DNA from: Cladosporium halotolerans
Taxonomy: Eukaryota
Assembly: GCF_011745625.1 (NCBI RefSeq)
Contig: NW_027191454.1
Coordinates: 434,001 to 498,000, forward strand
Direction: 5' to 3'
Length of the DNA stretch: 64,000 nt
Numbering within the stretch: the stretch's first letter is position 1; each line of letters begins with the position of its first letter. The position numbers and the translations under genes were made by a program. A model generated the notes under the pieces. That model searched no databases. It was not told where the DNA came from and saw only the letters and a program-made list of their open reading frames with translations. Positions 12,698 to 23,994 of this stretch are shown here, piece after piece.

Positions 12698-13759
12698 TCA
12701 TCCGGGCGCGATTGATAGGCTTCCGCCACTACAATGCGAATTGTATTTGCTCCTCTCCAAACGGCGGTGGCGAAGAGGTATCAGAAGGTATCAGGTCGCC
12801 GGGACAGTGTTTTATTGTCGCGACAAGTGCTCGAGAATCCCGGATGAGCCGGATGTCAAACACTACACTTGCAAGCGTTTGAGGATCGATGGAGTGAGGT
12901 GCCTAGGCGACGGGAACGTCATTACTAGATTGGGACTACCGAGCGCTAGTGGCTTAGCGTGATCCTGCTACATGCAAGAACTACTTGACGGTGTACCTTG
13001 GTGTCTATATGAGCGGCACAGAGAGGGGCTCGAGTGAAGAGAGGCGAACGTGCACTTTGTCTGGGTGCGTACATAGATATGCCTTGCTTCACTGACTCTG
13101 AAGCTCGCAGGAGTGAGGACAGGAGGACTCGGCGCGTGTCACGTGGCAGTCCTCCTGGCGGCCTCAATCGCCTTATCCTGCCCTTATCGCTGGCATACGC
13201 GGGGGTGGGGCCTCAGGCGACTGAGCTCCCTCGTGTGATGCGCCCCATCTGCTTGCCTACCTGACCTGCCAGCTGCTTGCGCACCCATAAGGTGCCGTCG
13301 CAGCTGACGTTCCGATAGCGCCCAACTCCTCCTCCGCGTCCGCATCCGCTGGTGGCTGCTCTCTCAATCTCTATGACTCCCACTGCGAGCCGCTGCCGCG
13401 CACCTCATTGCTCTCCACTCTGCGGCCATTTGCCAGCGTCGTCCGCCGCCCGTGACCAACGCCAGTGAATACAGGCCTAGGTAAGCTCCTCCTGCGAGCC
13501 CCACTTCCTCCAGCGCCATCCAGGCAACCGAGACGGTCACCTCAGGCCGCACTGCCTCGCGCTTCGCCCGACTGCTTCACTGTCGCTGCACTTCCCTTGT
13601 CTCGCCCGCAACTGCTTGCCCGCTCCATGTCCTCGCCCGCGAACACAACACCGCCGATCCCACATACCACCAAGTAGACACCCATCGGCTCCCCAGTCCG
13701 CCTCGCGCTGACTGGCCGCCTCCCTTGCACTCGCTCCCCCTCACCACATCTCTCGCAAA

Positions 13760-15703
13760 ATGGCAGGTGGAGGCCTCAGAAAGCGTACACTAACCGGGAG
13801 ATCAACGAGCTCCAGCCCGTCGCCATCGCCTCCTACCCATTCTTCCTACGGTCCTACGCCTAACAACTTCGACTTCCCCACTCTGAACAACGACGGTTCC
13901 GTGTCCGACCTTATCGAGACCCGCCCACCACCCGGCCAGCGCACGCCGCCAGCTGCTCTGAGTTCGCTCGCCGTGAAGATGGCGGACGACAATCTTGGCA
14001 GCAGTCCCGTCAACGATTTGAACGACGGCCAGTATGACATGGTTGACGATGCCTCCGACAGCAACGAGACCGTCAGCATAGCCTCCACCGACAACGTTGC
14101 TTCCGACGACGGCGACGATGTCTTGACTCCCGACGAGTCGAGCAGCATTGTTGATGTCGAAGAGAGTCTGGACATGCTTGACTCCCCCACCGATGCTACG
14201 CTGTCGGCAAGCCCAGTGAGCCGCCATCTCCTGATGCTCGAGAGGGAGCACCTAAGAAACCTTCGCCGTGCGCGCCAGGAGCAGATGGCTATCCAGCAAG
14301 AGTACGAGGAAGAGAAGGAGAGGACCTTGGATAGCTTCCTCTCTGAGGACCTCGAGACTCCCCGTCAGTCGATGGTCGGCGGCCTCGACCCCTCGTCGTC
14401 TGCGATCACTGTCAATGAGGATGCGACTGCTCGTAAAGCCTCAACAGGGAAATTGACCAGCATGCATAATGCCTCTCCTCGCTCTGAGGGCAGCGCTCAT
14501 GTGGGACGTCAAGGCAGCCCGCTAATCTCAGGCCTCACCTCGACTCGTCTTCAGACACTCCTTGCCTTGACCTTGGTGGCCCTTATTGCGGCCTTGTCCA
14601 ACTACCGTCCTACCTCCTTCGATAACTCATATCGTCGCGAAGCCCTATCGGATGCTCTTGTCAAGCTCACAGGCTCCAGCAACGCCACGAAGGCCTTCAA
14701 TCTTGACCATCTACTCCCTACTCCAACGGTCCTCCCCACCACGAACGTTTTTGGTCAGCCCGAGCTAGGTAACCTCGACGTCCACTTCCAAGGCGCACCT
14801 CCGAACCGCATCATAGTGTCTCTCCCCAAGAAGGCTTTCAGCCGGGCTCCTCAGCCACTCTCTTTCAATGTTACGAAAGCGCAGAAGGAAATCAACTTCA
14901 ATCACACCATGCTGATCGACGGTGTCTACGCCTTCACTCTGGACCCGCACGAGGCACACGGCATTGTTACTGTATCCATGCCTTGCATGAAGCCGGATCT
15001 CCAAGTCACCGTTTCCCACAACTTCGGCCGCCGCTTGTTCCAGCTTCAAACCTACGACAAAGCGCGCACCGACATCAGCAACACCGTCACCAAGGACATC
15101 GCCGTCGCTCGTAACAGAGCTCGCAGCCTGACCGAACTCCTCCAATCCGAGCTCCACGCCAGCATCGCCGCGACCCAAAACGTCACATCGCAGCTCGCCC
15201 AGCAAATCAGCCACGAAGCCCAAGCCATGGCCAGTAACGCTGCCTCCGCCCTCAACAAATGGCACTCGGCATCAACAGCAACCATTGCCACCCTCCAGGA
15301 CGAAATCGCCGCCGTCGAAGAAAAGCTCGCGCGCGCGGAGACGCAGATCGACGACTTCGTCGCCGACCTCGCTGGTAGAGTCAAGCGCTCCGTGATGCAA
15401 CCGATCACCGTCGCGCAGCAACGCGCGAGCAAGATCAGCGCCAAATACCTCGGCTCCGACGCCGCGCGCGAGAAGGTCTGCAAGCGCCAGGCGCCGTCCA
15501 AGGACGGCTCCAGCATCTTCTTCCGCTCCGTGCCGATGAGCAAGAAGCGCCACCTCAAGCGCTTCGGCTTGAGCGGCGAGCTGGTCGAGAAGACAACCTG
15601 CGGCAATTGCGATGCGGGCAAGAAGAGCCTGGGCCCGAAGAGGCAGAAGGCTGTCCTTAAGGATCGCGCGGTGCTGGTTAAAGATCCTGAGGAGAAGCGG
15701 TAA
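13760..15703 (+). CDS. Hypothetical single-pass (predicted type II) membrane protein: acidic disordered N-terminus, one TM helix, C-terminal domain with sequons and a coiled coil
   Basis: 647-aa ORF with good start context (CAAAATGG). One hydrophobic stretch LLALTLVALIAALS; NAT/NVT/NHT/NVT sequons C-terminal to it. Confidence 0.75.
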   Translation: MAGGGLRKRTLTGRSTSSSPSPSPPTHSSYGPTPNNFDFPTLNNDGSVSDLIETRPPPGQRTPPAALSSLAVKMADDNLGSSPVNDLNDGQYDMVDDASDSNETVSIASTDNVASDDGDDVLTPDESSSIVDVEESLDMLDSPTDATLSASPVSRHLLMLEREHLRNLRRARQEQMAIQQEYEEEKERTLDSFLSEDLETPRQSMVGGLDPSSSAITVNEDATARKASTGKLTSMHNASPRSEGSAHVGRQGSPLISGLTSTRLQTLLALTLVALIAALSNYRPTSFDNSYRREALSDALVKLTGSSNATKAFNLDHLLPTPTVLPTTNVFGQPELGNLDVHFQGAPPNRIIVSLPKKAFSRAPQPLSFNVTKAQKEINFNHTMLIDGVYAFTLDPHEAHGIVTVSMPCMKPDLQVTVSHNFGRRLFQLQTYDKARTDISNTVTKDIAVARNRARSLTELLQSELHASIAATQNVTSQLAQQISHEAQAMASNAASALNKWHSASTATIATLQDEIAAVEEKLARAETQIDDFVADLAGRVKRSVMQPITVAQQRASKISAKYLGSDAAREKVCKRQAPSKDGSSIFFRSVPMSKKRHLKRFGLSGELVEKTTCGNCDAGKKSLGPKRQKAVLKDRAVLVKDPEEKR

Positions 15704-16678
15704 TGGCTTGCTCTCAAGGCCTCAATACCGCCTACGGCGTTTCTTGCTTTCTTTTTCTTGAACTCGGTGCTCCTGGCGTTTCAACTCGAGGCCACGGCTG
15801 CGCCGCCGGCCTTTGACTACGGAAGCGTTTTGGGAGACGGTGGGAGCGGCATTGGAATGGCGATCGTCCGAATCAACGGATGGGTTATGATTGGAGTTTG
15901 CTCTTTCTGCTTTTTTTGCCTTTGCTGCTGCTGCGCCTCTCTCAACCGGAGGGGCTTGATACCAAACACGACACAAATCGTACGAGACACGTAGATACTT
16001 TGCTAGGAATGAACGCGCTATGAAATCAATTCGTGTCTCTTCTCTTTCGCTGTGGAGGTTTGGTCGGTGATGAACCTGGACTGCTTCACTGGATGAAGTA
16101 AGATACTCGTGCGAATGTGAAGGCCGTGATACCTTCTATAGCAGCAGGAAAAGTAGCACGCGGATGAATAATGGTTTCCGATAATGGCATCGAGAAAAAA
16201 GACAGATCAAAGCACGCGGGCAGGTAAGGAAATGATCGACTTCAGCAAAAAGAGTCCGATTAATTAATTGATAAATACACAAGTCGCCTGCACCAAATCA
16301 AGACAGGTACAAAGTCCGCGCTCTGACAAGCGAGTTCACACGTGGGTAGTGTATGCTAGGTTTTGATGCAAAATGTTAGGCCATGAAGCGAGGCGGTTGG
16401 CGGCCTCTGGTCGTCATCACCGACCGCGCCTTGACAGCAGGAGAGCCCGTCCGCCTTCGAGTTGCATTACGAGGGACGGACGAGGGTAGAACTCTCGGGC
16501 CTGGCGCGGAAGGGCAGAAAGTAATGTTAGGTAGGAAGGCAAGCAGGATGAGCGAAAGCGCATGCGGCGAAAACGCTCAGAAGAGATGATGTGGGTGGGG
16601 GTTTAGAGGCCGTGACGCGCGGGAGGAAAAAAACAGCAAAAGCGACAGATAGTCAGACAGACTGGTGAAGCGGGCTCC

Positions 16679-18649
16679 TCAATGCTCCATGATCTTCCAG
16701 CCCTCCTTGGCCCACGAGCGCACAAAGAAGAGCGCGCCGAGCACGACGCCGAAGCCCGACAGGCCCAGCGCGACGTACCAGGCGCAGCGGATGCCGTAGA
16801 CCGTGTCGGCTTCGGTGCCGCTATGGCTGATGACGTTCGCTTCGACCGTGCCGGCGATGCCGAGGCCGATCGAGATGGAGTAGTTGACCATGGTGTTGAC
16901 GAGGGAGGCGGCGAGGCCTTGGTGTTCTTTGGGCATGGCGTTGGAGAGGATGACGGTTGCGGCGGGGAAGGACATGTCCATGCCGAAGGCTGGAGAACGG
17001 ATGTCAGTACGTTTGGCATGCGATCGGAAGAGGGTTAGAGAGTGCTTACGCATAATTAGGATCGAAACGAACATCTGCGCCCAGTACGTCTGGTGAGCAG
17101 GTTGGAAGGCAGCGATCAGCTCGCCGACGAAGAACGCCAACATGGAGACCATGATGGTGAAAGACACAGGCGTGTGCGTGAGCATGAAGCCCGTCGCTCC
17201 GGCGGCGAGCAGACCGCAGATCATGGCGGGAACAAATTCCGCAGAGATGAGGAGGGGAGTCTGGCTGCGGATCTCCAGCAAGAAGCGCCAGCAGAAATGG
17301 ATCCAGATACCGAAGGAGCCCCAGCCAATACCGACGAGCGCCATGGTGTACACCACGGGCTTTGTCAGGACGCTGACGGGGATGAGCGGCGAATCCGCGC
17401 GGGCTTCGACCCACACGAAAGCAACCATGCACAGGAGGCCGATGATGAGGAGGAAGTAGACGTGTGGCGTGCCCCAGCCGAATAAGGGCGCATTGTTCCA
17501 CGCCACGTTGATTAGCACGAGGCCGGAAACGCCCACCACGGAGCCCGTCCAGTCCATGCCTGGTCGGTCAGGGCGGCCGCCGAACTGCGCGTCGTGAGCC
17601 AGGGCTTTGGGGACAGCAATGACGGCAAATACGGAGAGGCCCCAACAAGCGAACGCGTACGACCAGAAGAGCCAGGGCCACCATGTCAGCTGCGCGAAAA
17701 TACTTGCGAACAACGCGCCGATGACGAAACCCCAAGGCGCCATTGCGCCGAATAGCGAGAACACGATGTTCTTCTTGATGCCGGGAGGATAAGCACGACC
17801 AAGCAGCGCGAGTGCGTTAGGTACGATTAGCGCAGCGCCGATTCCCTGGAAACCACGACATACGTCGAAGAAGATGTGGTTCCCGACATAAGCGCTGAAC
17901 CCGGCGAAACCCGACCACACTCCCAGGAAGAAGTAGCCGAAGATGAGCATGCGCTTGTGGCCAAGAATGTCGCCCATTCGTCCTGAGATCAGGATGAATG
18001 TGCCAACGGTGAGGGAGAATGATGCTGCAAACCATGCTTCCTCACCGGGGTTGTCGACGTCCAAACCCGCTGCTATGATCTTCATTGGGGCGATGGCTTG
18101 CCCGAGACCTGCCAAGGCCATCAGCTGCGCGACAACGACGACACCAACGAAGAGGACCTCGTGAAGCGTGCTGACGTTCAGGCCAGCAGGCGGTGGTGAT
18201 GGAGGAGTTGGTTGGCGAGGCGTGCCTGCAGGTGAAGGTCTGTCGCTCATCCATTCGGGTGCTGAATTTTGCATTGTGCTCTGGTCCATGAGGAAGCTCG
18301 TCGATCGTACGCCGCCATGGTTGTAAATAGCAGGTATCTCAGTGTCCCTTTTCGACCGTCCATCCCATAAACTCTCTGCCGCAAGCGAGTCCACCCGCGA
18401 TTGTAATGAGATGTGTCGTGACTTGTATGTTGAGTTGCGCGCAGAGTTGAGGTCGTCGTAGTCCCGGCTTGGTGGCGGATACTCGTTGTATTTCGATCGA
18501 TATACTGAGTTTCTGGCCGAGTTCAGGTCGTCGTATTCTCGACTAGGTGGTGCGTAGTCGTTGTTGTGTCGCGTCCCGTACACCGAGTTCCTGGCCGAGT
18601 GTTGGCGGTCACCGTATTCCCGCATGGGTGGCGCATCGTGCTGGCCCAT
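16679..18649 (-). CDS. MFS drug:H+ antiporter (DHA2, Atr1-like)
   Basis: Many TM helices with SFSLTVGTFILISGRMGDILGHKR, RGFQGIGAALIVPNALALLG and FGMDMSFPAAT motifs. In-frame 60-nt intron 16990..17049 (GTAAGC...CTGAC...CCAG) gives ILIMPFGMD. Confidence 0.9.
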   Translation of the reverse strand: MGQHDAPPMREYGDRQHSARNSVYGTRHNNDYAPPSREYDDLNSARNSVYRSKYNEYPPPSRDYDDLNSARNSTYKSRHISLQSRVDSLAAESLWDGRSKRDTEIPAIYNHGGVRSTSFLMDQSTMQNSAPEWMSDRPSPAGTPRQPTPPSPPPAGLNVSTLHEVLFVGVVVVAQLMALAGLGQAIAPMKIIAAGLDVDNPGEEAWFAASFSLTVGTFILISGRMGDILGHKRMLIFGYFFLGVWSGFAGFSAYVGNHIFFDVCRGFQGIGAALIVPNALALLGRAYPPGIKKNIVFSLFGAMAPWGFVIGALFASIFAQLTWWPWLFWSYAFACWGLSVFAVIAVPKALAHDAQFGGRPDRPGMDWTGSVVGVSGLVLINVAWNNAPLFGWGTPHVYFLLIIGLLCMVAFVWVEARADSPLIPVSVLTKPVVYTMALVGIGWGSFGIWIHFCWRFLLEIRSQTPLLISAEFVPAMICGLLAAGATGFMLTHTPVSFTIMVSMLAFFVGELIAAFQPAHQTYWAQMFVSILIMRKHSLTLFRSHAKRTDIRSPAFGMDMSFPAATVILSNAMPKEHQGLAASLVNTMVNYSISIGLGIAGTVEANVISHSGTEADTVYGIRCAWYVALGLSGFGVVLGALFFVRSWAKEGWKIMEH

Positions 18650-21059
18650 GACAGACGATCAAGCCAGGCCCGGAGTCCGTCGTCTGGAGAGAGCTGCGTG
18701 TTGGAGAGTTCCAAAGGGTCTTACAGAGGAGAGGGCAAACACCACTGGCAGAAAGTGTTGCACTGGGTACAGTATGGTGTTAGTACTCGTCCTGTTGCGT
18801 CTCGGGTCGAGTGAGACTGTCAGCCTCTCGCGGCTAGAAGTGAAACAAAAGCGCTGGAAAGAGGCAGGGCGTTGTCAAGCAAAGTGGCGGCAGTAGTTCT
18901 ATGGTCTAGAGTGAGACAGCAGGGTGAGACATTCGGGCAAAACCATGCCAACGGCTCTCGCTCTTTCTACTTTGCGACGGATTGGGTGAAGCTATTGGGA
19001 CTCAAACTCCCCGTGAGCTTGACTGCAATCATCTCTTGGCCGCAGAAGTAAGATTACTGTCTTCTAGATGGCAGAGAGGAGAGCCGTAAGGTGTGGGAGC
19101 AATCACGCCGTCGATCCACAGAGCGCCGCCCATTGAATTTAGCAAGAGACGAATCGGCAAGGCCAGCAAGTGACGAAGCGGCGCCATTGGGCCCTTGGCA
19201 GCCTGGGAGAGACAGTGTCGCTGTTGGTGTTGTACTGGGAGTTCGCTTGACGTCGAGCCTGGTGGCTTGCATGTGAATCAAGCTCGTCTATAGGAGGCCG
19301 GGTGCCGTGACATGCCTAGCCACATGGGATGACGATACATATCCGCGCAATGCCTGACGTGTCGCCGTGCAGAGCCTGCCTGAGAGGTCAAGTCTGGTTA
19401 TCTGACGTCCTGGCTGGTATCGAGTAGGAGCTCACGGCGTCTGCGTGCCACCCTGTCGTCGCGTTGCCGGAAGTCGCACGCGTTCGCCCGTGCGCTCCAG
19501 CACGTGGAGTCTCACAGCTGCGGCAGGGCGACGGTTGTGTCAGCAACTGTGCAGAAGATCCTCATTTCCACTTCCCACCCGCCTGCCTCGAAGTGGAGTC
19601 TTCAGGATACATGCGCTTGAGAGGCTTGTGGCCAGATTTGTCCCGTGAACTTGATGTCAGAACAGAATGTGGCTGATCCTCGGCAGCGACAGGCCGATGG
19701 ACGAATATTTTGTGCCGATAATCGAGACAAAAAGCTTCCCGCCTCTTCAGTGCGATCGAAGAGAGAAAGCTTCGCGTCTACGTACTGTGCAACCGCGTCC
19801 TGCGCGACGCGCCAAGCCTTAACTTCTCGTGTGGTATACGCAGTTCGGTCGCAATCCCCGTCAGCGTTAGGCCATTTCGGAGTATCTCAAGTGTGACTTC
19901 CTAAGAAGGCAATAGACAAAACTCTATAGGGTCTGATCAGGAATCCTCCTACCGCCAATAGCTGCCCATCCGTTCTTCAACTCTGCGCGGCCCCCACGCT
20001 TGGCCCTGCTCATAAAGCGACCCCGACAACGCCATTGGCGGACGCAGGTCGTCATTCCGGGACCCCCGAGAAGGTACCACATGAGAAGGTAGTAGATTTG
20101 AAGGCGAAGAAATAAGCAAGGCATCGGCCAAGCGCGTGATGCATGCGAGTAGCTCGCGCGGTGCTCTGTAGCACCACCGGGGGAAAGGTAGCTTTTCGTA
20201 TGTCTAATGACTTGGGCAAAGGAGATTCCCTGTTATTCTCCAACTCTCGGAATGTATCTCCGGTACCGCGCAATGCCCACGAGACGCAGTGCCAGACCAA
20301 GAGGGAGAGAGATTGTCCCTGGCATACACATTAAACTTACGTGCAGTGGAGGCTCCAGTCGCACCGCGGTATTGTGGCGTTGAATTTCAATGCATAGCAG
20401 ACGCCAAAGGCTTGATTTCCATGCACATCTGCCGACATTCGCTCGAGCGAGTCGGCAGATGATGATGGGGGCGCGAAACTCTGCTGTGGACAGAATGTAG
20501 ACGCCCACGACGTGTTCAGCCCCAGAAACACCTGGACAGGATCTTTCCATAGCTTAGGACATGGGGTACACGGACACGCGCCTGCTGCAGCACATACGTC
20601 TCACGTTGTCATGAAGGTACCGCATGCTACAACATGTACCACGCAAGCGCACATACACCATCACTTGAGCTATCAATAGTCCCGTCGGGGGCATTTCCAC
20701 TGACTTGAGTCACACAGAAAGGAACAGCAAATAGATAAAGATCAAGCCAAGATCAAGTCATTAATTACGCACTATCAAAGAGACGAATTCAATTAACAGT
20801 CTCGGTATCACAAAACAAAACAGAAGAGATAGAGAAGACAAGTCCCGTCGTGTATCGCATGTGTTTCTTTTTCTTCCATCTGTGCAAACCCATCTGTGGC
20901 TTGAACACACGACAGTATCCCTCACGTCACACACGCAGCAGTGGTATCTTTTCGTTCGCAAGCAAAACTCGCCTCGGTATCAGCAGCACACTATGCACAC
21001 CGCCTTGGGGTATCTTCATCATCTCACAGCTCCGACGGGTCAGAAGGGAGATGATTGAT

Positions 21060-23994
21060 TTAGGCAGCGCCGCGGTAGACGGGGTTGTTCTCGCGGAGCA
21101 TGGTGTGGCCCTCGTCGGCGCCGGTGGCGGTCTGGGAGGTGGTGTTGTTGGTGAAGGCGTTGTCGACCTGGTTGGCGAAGCCGGCAGTGTTGGTGGAGTT
21201 GCCGTTGGTGAGGCCGCTCTCGGGGGCGCTGGTCTTCGTGGCAGAGGTTCCGACCATGCCGGCAGAGCCAGCAGCAGCGCCAGACGCACCGACGGCACTG
21301 GCGTCGCGGAGGCCGCCGGGGTTGGTGCTGTGAGGCTTGCGGGTCGGGGTGGAGACGCGGGGCAGGTTGGACGTCTCGCTGGCGGAGCCGATGCTGAAGA
21401 CCGGGCTCTCCCACTTGTCGCCCTTGGCGGCGAGCTCCTTGTACTCGGTGGCCTTGGTGGAGATGCCGCCAGGAAGCTGGATGTTCTTGAAGATGGAGTC
21501 GTTCTGAGTGATGGCAACGTTGACGCTCTTGTCGGCCTTGACCTCGTCCTTCTTCTCCTTGCCCTGAGTGAACTGCTTTTGGAGGGCGGTGAAGTAGCGC
21601 TGGTAGATGTTCTGGACGTTCTCGGGGTCGGGGTTGCGCTTGGCCTCAGCGGCAGCACGGTCAGCCTCCTGCTTGGCAGCAAAGAAGGTGCTGTCAAGCT
21701 TCTGGACGTTCTGGCGGACCTGAGTCTCAACGGCCTTCTGGATGACAGGGCGGATGACCTTGAAAAGAAGGGGCTTGAACAGGTTGAAGAGAAGCTTGTG
21801 GTTGGACTGCTTCAGCTTGATGTTCATGTGCTGGATGTCAACATCGACGTGGTTGATCTTGAAGAAGTGAGCCTTGTCAGACTTGTCGGCGGTCTCCATG
21901 GCCACCTTGAAGCTCAGACCAGTGCCACCAAGGAAAATGTCCATGACACCCTTGTCGGTAACGCTGGGGAAGCCCTCCTTCTTCTTCACGTAGTAGGACA
22001 CGTCGCGAAGGTCGCACTGGACACCAGAGACGGACAGCATGACCTTGTTCTTGTTGCTGCTCTTGATCTGCTTGCGGCCCCAGCGCCAGTAGTTGTCGCT
22101 GCCGAACTCGAAAACGTTCGGGGCAAGGTTGTCACCCTCGATGACGAGGTTCTCAACGACCGCATCCATCATGTGGTCAGAGAACTCGATACGGGGTATC
22201 GGAATGTAGCGGACATTCTCGAAGAAGCCCGGGAGGATAACATCAGTCAGGTCCTTGATGAGATGAGGCTTGAACTCGGGCTTGCCATCAGCGTCGTGGC
22301 CAAGGTCATTGAAGAGCTTGGTCAGAGACTCGGCGAAAGCCTTGTTCTGCGGGTCCTGGTCGAACTGCTGGCCAATGAACCTGAATTCATCGACGATCTT
22401 GTTGGTGTCGTTCCTGTAGCGGTCGCGCAGGAGGAATTCGCCCTGGTCGTAGAGCTTGTTCCATTCGACGTTGGAGTCGTCCTGGAGGATGTAGCCCTGC
22501 TCCTTCAGGCAGCGGCGGATGAACCTGTTCATGCTGGTGAACCAGTTCTTGAGCTCGGGGTCTTGCTCGGCGTCGCGGTAGATTTGGTTGATGGCATCAG
22601 TGAGGTCATCGAAAGATGTAGAGTTGGCAAAACGCTCGAGGAGTGTCTTGAGATTGGTCAGCATTGACTGACGCTCTTTGAAAAATCCTAAGAAAACGCA
22701 CCTTGAGGTCAGCTTCAGCGAGTTGCAAACTATCCTGGTTATGGGCACCTTTCACGGAGGTCTGGCCTTGGCCAGCAAGGTTCTTGCCGTGGCTGCTGTA
22801 TTCCTCAGCCAGGCGGAGCATAGTATCGATAGCCTGAGAGTCTATAATGATTTGTCAGTACTGTATATTACACAATAACGCTCCGCGCTGCGACCTACAG
22901 TCCTGGTGGCCCTGGATCTCGACGACCATCTTCTTGAGGCGCCAGATGAGCTGCTCGCGCCTCTCCTTGGGCATCTTGCCCTTGAAGTACTCCTGGGTGC
23001 GCTCGCGGTATTCCTTCATCTTCTGCTTGTCATCCTCGTTCATGTTGGCGGAGGCCTTGTCCTTGAGGTTCTTGGCGCCAACCTGGGCACCAGACTGGGG
23101 GTCAGTCTGAGCAGTGCCCTGCTGCTGGTCCTGGGCGGCGAGCTGAGCGGCAGCAGCGGGGTCGCGGGAGCCCTCAGGGTGAGCAGCCTGGGTAGCATCG
23201 CGGCCAGCCTCCTCGACATCCTTCTTGCCGATGGGGATGCGGTTCTTGGCCTGGTTGCGAAGGTTCTCCTTGGAAAGATCAGGGGCATCGTGCCAGACGT
23301 TGTCCTCGGCGGGCTTGTCGATGTTGGCGAGCTGCTGGTCAGTGGGGTTGACCTTGTTGGCCGACTTCTGCGCAGCGTCACCAGCAATATCGCGAAGGAG
23401 CACGCTGGCGTCGCTGAGAAGTTTGCGGAATTGGCCGTTGGTGATGAGGAGAGTCCCAAGAGTGCGGAGACCCTCGAGAGCCTGGTTACCGTGCTGCTGA
23501 GCGGTAGCTTTGTCAAGAGGGGCGTTGGGCTTGGTGGCATCGCCAGAGCCCATCTGCTGAGTCTGCCAGATGAAGTCCTGAATGAGGTTGCCCTGGTTCT
23601 TGGACAGAAGCAGGAGCTTGGCCTGCTCGATGACCTTCTGAAGGTCTGTGGTGAGCTGCTGACCCTCGGTAGAGAGCTTCTTGCTTGGCGATGTGAAGGC
23701 CTTCCAGTTGTAGGCAGTGTTCATCGCCACATCAATCTGCTTGTTCTGCGGTGGGAGTTAGCATTGGGTAAGGTAGGCCTCGCATGGATTGCGCCTCGAC
23801 TGACCGAAGGAACCTTGCCATTGGCAAAAGCTGAAATCACGTGTTAGCTTGGGATTCAATGGCGCAGCGCCGTTCGCAGGGCGCGAAACGCGCAGTGGCC
23901 GCGACATACCAGCGTAGATGCCGTAGAGCTGCAGCTTCGCGTTCACATCCTGCTCCTTGATCTTCTGGTTGGTGGGCACGTTGACGGACGCCAT
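21060..23994 (-). CDS. Conserved fungal DUF4449/HAM1-like protein (BPI/TULIP-like lipid-binding fold suspected), 5 exons
   Basis: Exons 23994-23910, 23830-23805, 23745-22899, 22841-22702 and 22646-21060 splice in frame: MASVNVPTNQKIKEQDVNAKLQLYGIYAAFANGKVPSNKQIDVAMN...; family-like motifs LRTLGTLLITNGQFRKLLSD and YIPIPRIEFSD; strong codon bias. Confidence 0.8.

Noticed and set aside
20850..23847. Long + strand ORFs (605 aa and 313 aa) antisense to the DUF4449-like gene
   Set aside because: Shadow ORFs produced by strong C/G-ending codon bias of the sense gene; V/L/G-rich translation without motifs.
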